This document shows, one piece after another, positions 24,624-31,622 of a DNA stretch of 32,000 bases. Both the position numbers and the translations under genes were made by a program. Numbering within the stretch: the first letter of the stretch is position 1; every line of letters begins with the position of its first letter. This DNA is from Candidatus Woesearchaeota archaeon (GTDB lineage Archaea; Nanobdellota; Nanobdellia; Pacearchaeales; GW2011-AR1): positions 17,153 through 49,152 of the forward strand of contig CAZROF010000002.1 of assembly GCA_964601675.1 (NCBI GenBank). Reading direction: 5' to 3'. The notes under the pieces are model-generated. The model did no database searches. It was not told the origin of the DNA and was given only the letters and a program-made list of their open reading frames with translations.

Positions 24624-25637
24624 TTATCCTTTTTTACTTATATATTTATACGCTATTCCACAGGCGCCTTCGCCTTCTGATACCATGCAGGCTCCGATTG
24701 GATTTTCATGTGTGCATGTTTTTGCGAACAGGGGGCAATCTTTTGGTTCACATAGTCCACGAATTATTTCAGAACACCTACATATAGAATTCTCTTGGGA
24801 GTGAATATTTTTTAAAAGATGTTTATATTTTATTTTTGCATTTAAATTATCATCTTTTGGTTCTAATCCAGAGTTTGGAATTTCTCCAATTCCGCGCCAT
24901 TTTGCATTTGATATTTTGAATGTTTTTTTAATTAACGTTTGTGCTTTTATATTTCCTTTTTCTTTTACGACTTCCTTATAATCATTAATTACTTCATTTT
25001 TATTTTCTTTGATTAGGACTAGGAGTTTGTATATTGCTCTTATGAGTTGATCTTTTTCAAACCCGCAGATTACTTGGGGCACCCTCAGCTCCTCCCAGAT
25101 ATTTGAGCCTGTAATACATGATACATGCCCTGGATCTATGAAGCCATTTATTTTATTATTTTTTAAAATTTCTTTCATTGGCGGTATCATTGTTTTATGT
25201 GTAGAGTATATTGTTATATTATTTTTTAGAAGATATGCACTCATCGGAGTTGTTGTTTCAAATCCGATTGCGAAAAAAATTCTATCCTTGTTTTTCTCGT
25301 CTAATATTTCAGTTGTAGAGTATATAATTTTAATATCTGCACCTTTTGCCTTTTCTTTTGCTAAAGATGTCGTTGTCCCTGGCACATGCATCATGTCTCC
25401 GTAAGTTGCTATTTTTATTCCTGCTTTGGCGAGAACTATCATGCTATCTATGTCTTCTTGAGATGTCACGCACACGGGGCACCCTGGACCGGAGATTAAT
25501 TTTACATTAGAAGGTAAAATGTTGCGAATTCCGTACTTCATGATTGTATTTGTATGCCCTCCACATACTTCCATTATTACAACTTCATCACTTATTTCTC
25601 TTGCTATTTTTGAAATTTCGTTTAAATATTTATTCAT
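24624..25637 (-). CDS. hypD: Hydrogenase maturation protein HypD
   Basis: Contains CGGHT, GPGCPVCV and a C-terminal Cys-rich cluster. 337 aa. Confidence 0.93.
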   Translation of the reverse strand: MNKYLNEISKIAREISDEVVIMEVCGGHTNTIMKYGIRNILPSNVKLISGPGCPVCVTSQEDIDSMIVLAKAGIKIATYGDMMHVPGTTTSLAKEKAKGADIKIIYSTTEILDEKNKDRIFFAIGFETTTPMSAYLLKNNITIYSTHKTMIPPMKEILKNNKINGFIDPGHVSCITGSNIWEELRVPQVICGFEKDQLIRAIYKLLVLIKENKNEVINDYKEVVKEKGNIKAQTLIKKTFKISNAKWRGIGEIPNSGLEPKDDNLNAKIKYKHLLKNIHSQENSICRCSEIIRGLCEPKDCPLFAKTCTHENPIGACMVSEGEGACGIAYKYISKKG

Positions 25638-25848
25638 TTTTTATATTTGTTTCATGAAGTAGGTTATACATACCTTTTGCTTTTTCTTCGTCAATAGTTT
25701 CAATTGCGAATCCTGCATGAATTAAAACGTAGTCTCCCACCTTGCATTTTATTAAAGAAATATTTGCTTCCTTTTTTATTCCATCGTAATTTATGACTGC
25801 TTTTTCATTTTCTATTTTTTCTATTTTTCCGGGTATTGCTAAACACAT
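25630..25848 (-). CDS. hypC: Hydrogenase maturation chaperone HypC
   Basis: N-terminal MCLAIPGKI with the essential Cys2. 72 aa, overlapping the hypD start by 8 nt. Confidence 0.9.
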   Translation of the reverse strand: MCLAIPGKIEKIENEKAVINYDGIKKEANISLIKCKVGDYVLIHAGFAIETIDEEKAKGMYNLLHETNIKNE

Positions 25849-25899
25849 AGTTTTGTTAAATTGATAATGTTTTTATAGTTTTGTTAGCTGGTTTATATT

Positions 25900-26262
25900 A
25901 TGAAGATTGTTTGTCTTGGGAATGAATTTATTGAGGGAGATGGTTTTGCTAAGGAAGTTGGTGCGATGTTGGCTGATGAATTTGAGGTTGTTAATATTAA
26001 GGATAGTTTTGAGCTGATGAATATTGTTTCATCTGGTGAGGATTTTATTATTTTAGATGTTGTGCAGGGATTGGACTGTGTGAAGAAGTTGAGGGTTGAT
26101 GATTTGCGGGCTGAAGGGATAGTGAGTGCTCATGATTTTGATGCTGTTTATGTTTTGAAATTGTTAGGTGAGGAAGTTGGGATTGTTGGGATTCCTATGA
26201 GGGGGGATGCTGGGGAGATTGTTGAATTGGTGAGATGTGAGATTGAGAAGTTTATCGGTTGA
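25900..26262 (+). CDS. [NiFe] hydrogenase maturation endopeptidase (HycI/HybD-like)
   Basis: KIVCLGNEFIEGDGFAKEV resembles the N-terminal GNxxxxDDGxG metal-site block, and there is a later SAHDF His. At 120 aa it is short for the family. It is convergent with the large-subunit gene. Confidence 0.7.
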   Translation: MKIVCLGNEFIEGDGFAKEVGAMLADEFEVVNIKDSFELMNIVSSGEDFIILDVVQGLDCVKKLRVDDLRAEGIVSAHDFDAVYVLKLLGEEVGIVGIPMRGDAGEIVELVRCEIEKFIG

Positions 26263-26287
26263 GATTGTTTTGTCTCCGATTAACTAA

Positions 26288-27568
26288 TCACAACCAGTTT
26301 ACTTTTAAAAAATGTGTCGAACAGCTAAAGCATGGGTCGTAAGCCCTGATTAGTTTTTCTATTTTACTTGTAATTTCTTCATTAGATGTTTTTTTCTTTA
26401 GGAGATTATTCACTAATGTTGTGATATCCTGTTCCATCATATTGAGATTTTGTGCGGTGGGGGTTATTATGTTACAGTAATCTATTGTCCCTTTTTTGTT
26501 AATTTTGTATTCGTGGAAGAGTGTTCCCCTTGGTGCTTCTACAGCGGAAACTCCAATGCCCGCCTTTCGGGATTCGGGATTCGGGATTCGGGATTTAGAC
26601 GGAGGAGAACTAAGTAATTTTATTACTCTATTTGTTGCTTGAAGAATTTCTAATGCTTGACATATTAAGTTATGATATGGATTTGTTATTGGTAATGTGA
26701 TGTCTAGTTTTTTTAGGATTATATTAAGATGTTTTTTTGTTTCTTTATCTAATTGCTTAGAGTTATTGCTTATTCTGGCTATTGCTCCTGTCGAATATGG
26801 TTTATCATTATGAAGAACGAATTTTGATGTTGCATACTCTTTGATGTTTTCGGTTAGGTGGGATTTGTAGTTGTCGTCTATGAATGTTTCTTTTCCGTTT
26901 GATATTTTTCCTGAAATACTTGCATAGGCTTTGGGTTCTTTTAGTGCGAGGTATTCTGAACTTCTTTCTAGTTTTGGATATTTTAAATTAGAGAAAACTT
27001 TAATTGTTTTGATAATAATTGGTTTTATATCTTTTAGTTGTTGTAGTAGTTCAGAAAAATCTTCTGATGGAGATTCTTCTTGAATCTTTAGGAAGGGGTG
27101 CATTTCTCTTCCTCCGAATTTTTCTACTAATTTATTGCCTGCCGTAACTATTTTTAACGCATCCATAACTTTGCTTTTATGTTCTTTTTTTAGGGTTAGT
27201 GCAGATGATGCCCCTAAGTAGTCTGGGAGCGAAAGAAAATAAAGATGTGTTGCATGGCTTCGGATTCTTTCAGCCAGTAGAAGTATTTCTCTTATAAATT
27301 TTTGTTGTGATGTCGGTTTCATTCCCAATGCCTCTTCTAATCCTTGAATTGAGGCTACACTGTGAGAGCATGAACAGATTCCACATATTCTGGAAACTAT
27401 TTCTTGTATATCTTCAATATTTCTATCAAGCACTAATGCTTCGAAAAATCTTGCACCTTCTGCGGTTTTCAATTCACATTCTTTCACTTCGTTTTTTTCT
27501 ATCTTTAAAGTAAGGTCTGCGTGTCCTTCTATTTTGCAGATATGATTTAGGTTTATTTCTCTAACCAT
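26288..27568 (-). CDS. [NiFe] hydrogenase large (alpha) subunit, group 3b-like (position of hydA in a hydBGDA-like operon)
   Basis: N-terminal RICGICSCSHS (RxCGxCxxxH), VEAPRGTLFHEY, and C-terminal DPCFSCSTH followed by a 7-aa tail for protease cleavage. Confidence 0.95.
   Translation of the reverse strand: MVREINLNHICKIEGHADLTLKIEKNEVKECELKTAEGARFFEALVLDRNIEDIQEIVSRICGICSCSHSVASIQGLEEALGMKPTSQQKFIREILLLAERIRSHATHLYFLSLPDYLGASSALTLKKEHKSKVMDALKIVTAGNKLVEKFGGREMHPFLKIQEESPSEDFSELLQQLKDIKPIIIKTIKVFSNLKYPKLERSSEYLALKEPKAYASISGKISNGKETFIDDNYKSHLTENIKEYATSKFVLHNDKPYSTGAIARISNNSKQLDKETKKHLNIILKKLDITLPITNPYHNLICQALEILQATNRVIKLLSSPPSKSRIPNPESRKAGIGVSAVEAPRGTLFHEYKINKKGTIDYCNIITPTAQNLNMMEQDITTLVNNLLKKKTSNEEITSKIEKLIRAYDPCFSCSTHFLKVNWL
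26567..26594. repeat. Perfect heptanucleotide tandem repeat (TCGGGAT x4) inside the large-subunit CDS
   Basis: Read directly: tcgggat tcgggat tcgggat tcgggat. On the coding strand it encodes ...SRIPNPESRK..., just upstream of the conserved GIGVSAVEAPRG block. Confidence 0.9.
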
Positions 27569-28446
27569 TTTGATGAATCTCCTTGTTCCTGTTTAAATTG
27601 TATCCCTGCAAATGTTTCGAGTTTGTCCTTTATTGCCTTATTAGTGTGCCCCATCTTTTTTAACATTTTAAAGAAGGCTTCGTAATTTGCGTCTTTACTT
27701 GGACCTCGGCATCCGTAACAGACTGTATTGTTGCTTGGACAGAGTGCACCACAGCCTCCCGTAGTTATTGGGCCTAGGCATATTTTGCCTTCTTCTAATA
27801 AACAGGGATTTTGTTTTCTTCTGCATTCAAAGCAGACTGGATTTGCATAGGGTTTAAATTCTCTATTTGTTATAATGCACTTTATGAATTCTAATATTTC
27901 TTTTTTGTCTGGTGGGCATTGTGGGAGATAATAATCAACTTTAATATGTGCATCTATTGGTGTTGGATCTTCTTCTTTTAGATGATTGTATTTTGGGTAT
28001 ACGAATTTCATTGTTTTTTCATTGTCATGAAAATTTCTTATTGAGGGCACGCATCCGAAACAAGAACAAGTTCCGAGAGCAACAATTTTTGTTGCACGTT
28101 TTCTTAGTTCATTTATTGTTATTATATCTTTGTCGAAACATACCGTTCCTTCTATGAATATATAATCTAGTTTTCCTTTGTATGTTTCTTCCTTAATGAA
28201 TGGAAATGATTTTATGTCTACTAAGTTTGTTAATTCTTTGAAGCAGTCTTCGTATAGAACTGTTAGGAGGCAGCCTGCGCATCCTGAGATTCCGTAAAAT
28301 CCTAGTGTTGGGACATTGGAGCTCTTATGATTTCCAGAAGAAAAAGTCAAAGACTTTTTAATATTTCTTTTTTTAACGAGATGTGACTCCTTAGAAACAG
28401 ATATATTCGACTTCACTTTTATTTTTTTTACAGGGTTATTTTTCAT
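27553..28446 (-). CDS. [NiFe] hydrogenase small (delta) subunit, group 3b-like
   Basis: Cys clusters GISGCAGC, GTCSCFGCVP, GGCGALCP and CYGCRGP fit the small-subunit Fe-S ligand pattern. It is preceded by a ~47-aa Lys/Ser-rich N-terminal extension. Overlaps both neighbouring genes. Confidence 0.85.
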   Translation of the reverse strand: MKNNPVKKIKVKSNISVSKESHLVKKRNIKKSLTFSSGNHKSSNVPTLGFYGISGCAGCLLTVLYEDCFKELTNLVDIKSFPFIKEETYKGKLDYIFIEGTVCFDKDIITINELRKRATKIVALGTCSCFGCVPSIRNFHDNEKTMKFVYPKYNHLKEEDPTPIDAHIKVDYYLPQCPPDKKEILEFIKCIITNREFKPYANPVCFECRRKQNPCLLEEGKICLGPITTGGCGALCPSNNTVCYGCRGPSKDANYEAFFKMLKKMGHTNKAIKDKLETFAGIQFKQEQGDSSKWLEK

Positions 28447-29251
28447 TTTTCTTTTGATTAGAATTTTCGTTATCTAGTCTTGATTTAATTTTAGAATATT
28501 GAAATATTGGTCCGTCTTTACATACATAAAGGTCTTGGATTTGGCATCTTCCGCATGAACCAAAAGCACATTCCATTCTTCGCTCTAGTGACCAGTAAAT
28601 GTTTTCATTTGGTACACCTAGCTTATTGAGTTCTTTTGTTGCATCTTCCATCATCCCTTCAGGTCCGCAGAGAAGTGCTGTGGTGTTTTTTATTGTTGGT
28701 TTATGTTTCTCCATTATCTCATTTATGAATCCTTTTTCGTGTTCATGCGAATTTGGATCCCGAGAAAGTCCAATAAAAACTTTAAACTTTTTTTCCCACT
28801 TTTGAATCCTCTCTTTTAATAAAATACATTCCTCATTTCTAAATCCAAAGTAGATAAATATTTTTTTAAAACATTTTCTATTTTGTTCTATATAATTTAT
28901 CATTGATGTTATTGGGGCGATTCCTGTTCCTCCAGCTATTAAGATTAAATTTTTATTTTCTAATTCTGAGGTTGGAAAACCGTGACCATATGAACCTCGA
29001 ATTAATATTGTATCTCCTTTTTTTAGGTTAAAAATTGCGGATGTTACATTACCTGCATTTCTTGTTAGGAATTCTATATAATCTTTGTCATGGGAGCATG
29101 AGGCTAATGGGCATTCTCCGATTCCTGGTACGGATACTTCTAAGAAAGTTCCTGGACATGGATTTAGATTACATTTAATTTTGAAAAGTTTTACATCTGG
29201 TGTATGTTTTTTTACTGATGTTATTTTATGGGGTTTTGGCTGGTAGCTCAT
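28436..29251 (-). CDS. Hydrogenase gamma subunit: PyrK-like FAD/NAD(P)-binding protein with 2Fe-2S
   Basis: LILIAGGTGIAP nucleotide-binding block and the C-terminal CAFGSCGRCQ...C cluster, as in sulfhydrogenase gamma and PyrK-type reductases. Confidence 0.85.
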   Translation of the reverse strand: MSYQPKPHKITSVKKHTPDVKLFKIKCNLNPCPGTFLEVSVPGIGECPLASCSHDKDYIEFLTRNAGNVTSAIFNLKKGDTILIRGSYGHGFPTSELENKNLILIAGGTGIAPITSMINYIEQNRKCFKKIFIYFGFRNEECILLKERIQKWEKKFKVFIGLSRDPNSHEHEKGFINEIMEKHKPTIKNTTALLCGPEGMMEDATKELNKLGVPNENIYWSLERRMECAFGSCGRCQIQDLYVCKDGPIFQYSKIKSRLDNENSNQKKNEK

Positions 29252-30189
29252 TATTTTTTCTTAGGCAATTTATTTATTGTTTTTACCCAGTCTATTTTTG
29301 TTGGGCAGACTCTAAGACATCTTCCACATCCAACACACATAGGACGATTGTGGAGTTTTTTGTAATACGAAATTTTATGATATACGAAATGCTTGAATCT
29401 TGAAATACGGGAATCTCTGTATGATTTTCCTCCAGCTACACGTGAAAAAGATTTTAGTTGACATGAAGAGTGAGATCTAGTCCTTTTTCCTGACTTTAGG
29501 TCTATATTAAGATCATCCTTTATATCGAAGCAGTTACATGTAGGACAGTATACTGTACAGGCTGAACAGCTTAGACAGTTATTTACATCACTTTCCCATA
29601 TTTTGTTTCGATAGTTTTCTGTTATATCTAAATTTTTTAGAACTTTCGAGTTTTTTGGATTTGGTATTTTAATCTCCTTTTCTAGCGAGGGAAGTTTTTT
29701 TACTAAAGTTTCTCCTTTTTTTGAACCTACGCTTATTATAAAATTTTTCCCTTTTGGATAAAAGAAGAGGTCATAATAGTCTTGGAGTTGCATTGAATTA
29801 CAAAAGCAGAACTCATCTGGTTTTTTACAGAACATGCCTATTAAAATTGTGTTTTTTCTTTTGGCTATATATTGCTTGTCATACATTACCTTATCTACTA
29901 CTTGAATTGCATTGAGGTCGCATTTCCTAAGTCCGAAGAGAATCGTTTTTTTTATTTTTCCTGTTGATTCTATTGCTTTGTTATTTTTGAATTTTAAAAG
30001 TGTTTCATTTTCTGGAATGAAGTGAGATTTTGCTGGAACTTGGGTTATTGAATCTAGATATATTTCGTCAAAAGATTTTACCTTTTGGAATTTAGATATT
30101 TTTGTTTTAACTGGAGCTATAACCTGATAGTTCTTTATTAAATTATTAACAAACGCGGGGAAATCTTTTTTTGAAATTATTTTTTGCAT
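29251..30189 (-). CDS. Hydrogenase beta subunit: 4Fe-4S ferredoxin-domain protein
   Basis: CLSCSACTVYCPTCNC and CVGCGRCLRVCP cluster motifs. It is the first gene of the beta-gamma-delta-alpha operon, with a 1-nt overlap with gamma. Confidence 0.85.
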   Translation of the reverse strand: MQKIISKKDFPAFVNNLIKNYQVIAPVKTKISKFQKVKSFDEIYLDSITQVPAKSHFIPENETLLKFKNNKAIESTGKIKKTILFGLRKCDLNAIQVVDKVMYDKQYIAKRKNTILIGMFCKKPDEFCFCNSMQLQDYYDLFFYPKGKNFIISVGSKKGETLVKKLPSLEKEIKIPNPKNSKVLKNLDITENYRNKIWESDVNNCLSCSACTVYCPTCNCFDIKDDLNIDLKSGKRTRSHSSCQLKSFSRVAGGKSYRDSRISRFKHFVYHKISYYKKLHNRPMCVGCGRCLRVCPTKIDWVKTINKLPKKK

Positions 30190-30471
30190 TCTCTCACCTA
30201 TTGTTTTATTGGAGGTTGTCGGTTATAAGGTTTTTGGGACTTAGTTGTACAAGAATGATTAAAGAAAGCTTTGGAGGTATGATAAGTAAAGTATTGGAAA
30301 CTAAACTGCAACGAGGTTTTCGTTAAATTCTTGTTCTATTTCCTGACGAATAAGGTGAGGAGAGTTTTGGATTTGCCGATTTTTTAGAACCAATGTAGTT
30401 TTTTGAAAATTAGTTTTTATCTTGATAAAAATTATGTTGATTTGATGATTGATATTTTAAAAGATTTGGGT

Positions 30472-30860
30472 CGAATGTAATGAGCGATGTTATCTGAAGT
30501 TTTAATTTTAGATTGAAGTGTTATGTCAAGTTGGCTCGTTGAGAAAAATTGGGGACGTTCTAACGTGAAACGCTTGGAGGCAAATCTAAAATTAAACTGA
30601 ACATTGGGATTAAGAAAAGTTCGACGAAATCTAATTTGGTAAAATTCAGCCGGAATTTTCCTCATAATCCTTGTTATGCGTCCCGAACGGAACGTAGTGT
30701 AGTGAGAGTGCAACGTGGTCGACCGAAGGGAGAAGTTCGGGGCTCGCCGAAAATTCGTTGTTATCATAGTTGTTGAAAAATAAGTTATTAACTTTCAAGT
30801 GGTAAAAGAAACGAAAGATTTATAAAGTATTAATAGATTCTAATTCTAAGGAGAATTAAA
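30472..30860 (+). repeat. Noncoding unit A: locally GC-enriched, structured segment plus conserved promoter block
   Basis: Alignable in four blocks with 31183-31622: a hairpin block, GGAGG..TGAACAT..ATTAA, GAGTGCAACG, and a 75-nt promoter block about four-fifths identical by eye. Possibly a plus-strand ncRNA. Confidence 0.55.
30819..30826 (+). promoter_or_regulatory. BRE/TATA candidate (cgaaaga-tttataaa) for 30861-31154
   Basis: tttataaa is preceded by a purine-rich cgaaag and lies 42 nt upstream of the ATG, with AGGAG 8-12 nt before the ATG. The geometry is nearly identical at 31580-31587. Confidence 0.5.
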
Positions 30861-31154
30861 ATGTCATTAAGAAAAACATTAACAAGCATTATATTGGCTT
30901 CAGCAAGTATAGTTGGACTGTCAGGATGTGGAAGAGGGGAATTACCACAAATAAAAGAAACAAGATATTTTAATGGCTCTGTTTTGCAAACATATCAAGA
31001 TAAAAACGGAAATTATAAGATTGACAACATAAAAGTAGACTTTATTGGTTCATTCCCTGTGGGTTCGATGTCATATAACAGAAGTCCAACAGAAAGAGAG
31101 CTAAAAGACTCTAAAAAAATATTGGCTTCAGAAAATATTTTTTTAGAGCAATAA
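30861..31154 (+). CDS. Small putative lipoprotein / secreted protein (97 aa)
   Basis: Signal peptide MSLRKTLTSIILASASIVGLSGC with a lipobox-like LSGC. An AGGAG ribosome-binding site lies upstream. No family recognised. Confidence 0.65.
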   Translation: MSLRKTLTSIILASASIVGLSGCGRGELPQIKETRYFNGSVLQTYQDKNGNYKIDNIKVDFIGSFPVGSMSYNRSPTERELKDSKKILASENIFLEQ

Positions 31155-31182
31155 ATTTTTCGCTAAATATTTCTTTCAACAA

Positions 31183-31622
31183 TTTCGTTTAATCAGCGAT
31201 GTTATGCGACAATTTTAATTTCGCATTGGAGCGTTAAACGAAGACATCAAAATTAGAATTTTTGGTTTACCGACGCCGAGGAGGAGATTGGAAATTGAAA
31301 TGAACATCCGCATTAAACGACCCGTAGGGCTCGAGCGGAACAAAGTGACCTCGAGTGTTTTTTGCAAAGCCAAAAATTTGGGTGAACGAGTGCAACGGAG
31401 CGAACCGTTTAATGCATGTTAAGGAATCCGAGCCAAAGGCGAGGACAAGGAATAGTCTGCAAGACGGTTTTTCACGAAGTGAAAAAATTCCGAAGAGTAT
31501 TCCCACTTTCAAAAATTCTTTGATATTGTAGTCGCTGAAAAATAGTTATTCATTTTAAAGTGGTAAACGAACCGAAATGTTTATAAAATATTAATTTATT
31601 CTATTGGCAGGAGAAAAACAAA
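31183..31622 (+). repeat. Noncoding unit B: diverged paralog of unit A
   Basis: Same four conserved blocks in the same order as 30472-30860. It occupies the whole 468-bp spacer between two unrelated small genes. Confidence 0.55.
31580..31587 (+). promoter_or_regulatory. BRE/TATA candidate (cgaaatg-tttataaa) for 31623-32000
   Basis: tttataaa lies 43 nt upstream of the ATG, with a CAGGAG ribosome-binding site. Paralogous to 30819-30826. Confidence 0.5.

Noticed and set aside
30443-30497. Possible C/D-box sRNA (TGATGA at ~30444, CTGA at ~30494)
   Set aside because: There are no convincing internal C'/D' boxes or terminal stem, and the homologous unit B lacks the TGATGA box.
30432-30767. 111-aa minus-strand ORF in unit A, and the analogous 81-aa ORF at 31267-31512 in unit B, as a pair of paralogous proteins
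   Set aside because: The two are in equivalent frames, and a few differences are synonymous (ttt/ttc in FNF). However, the exactly antisense plus frame shows equally many synonymous differences. Compositions are odd (R/F/S/T-rich), ORF ends are not homologous, there is no ribosome-binding site or promoter, and the G-U-containing covarying helices favour a plus-strand RNA. Treated as noncoding, though decayed coding sequence is not excluded.
30564-30773. Plus-strand basic mini-ORFs inside the units (about 69 codons without ATG in A; 40 aa MNIRIKRPVGLERNK... from ATG 31300 in B), each preceded by GGAGG
   Set aside because: Unit A has CTG where B has ATG, and no alternative start. The lengths and C-termini differ completely. 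The GGAGG is 15-16 nt from the putative start, which is too far. They could still be tested by ribosome profiling.
30797-30817. AAGTGGTAAA(A/C)GAA(A/C)CGAAA (also at 31558-31578) as archaeal origin-recognition-box-like elements
   Set aside because: The resemblance to my recollection of ORB cores (…CCAGTGGAAACGAAA…) is loose. Both copies are direct rather than inverted around an AT-rich unwinding element. They sit at fixed distance upstream of a TATA box, which fits a transcription-factor site. No orc1/cdc6 is adjacent within the window.
31176-31247. Integron attC-like site (TTTCAAC ... GTTAAAC about 70 bp apart) and a gene-cassette interpretation
   Set aside because: The left core does not fit RYYYAAC, and the arms between the cores are not complementary in the attC manner. 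Unit A has GTTATGT instead of GTTRRRY. No integron integrase is in the window.
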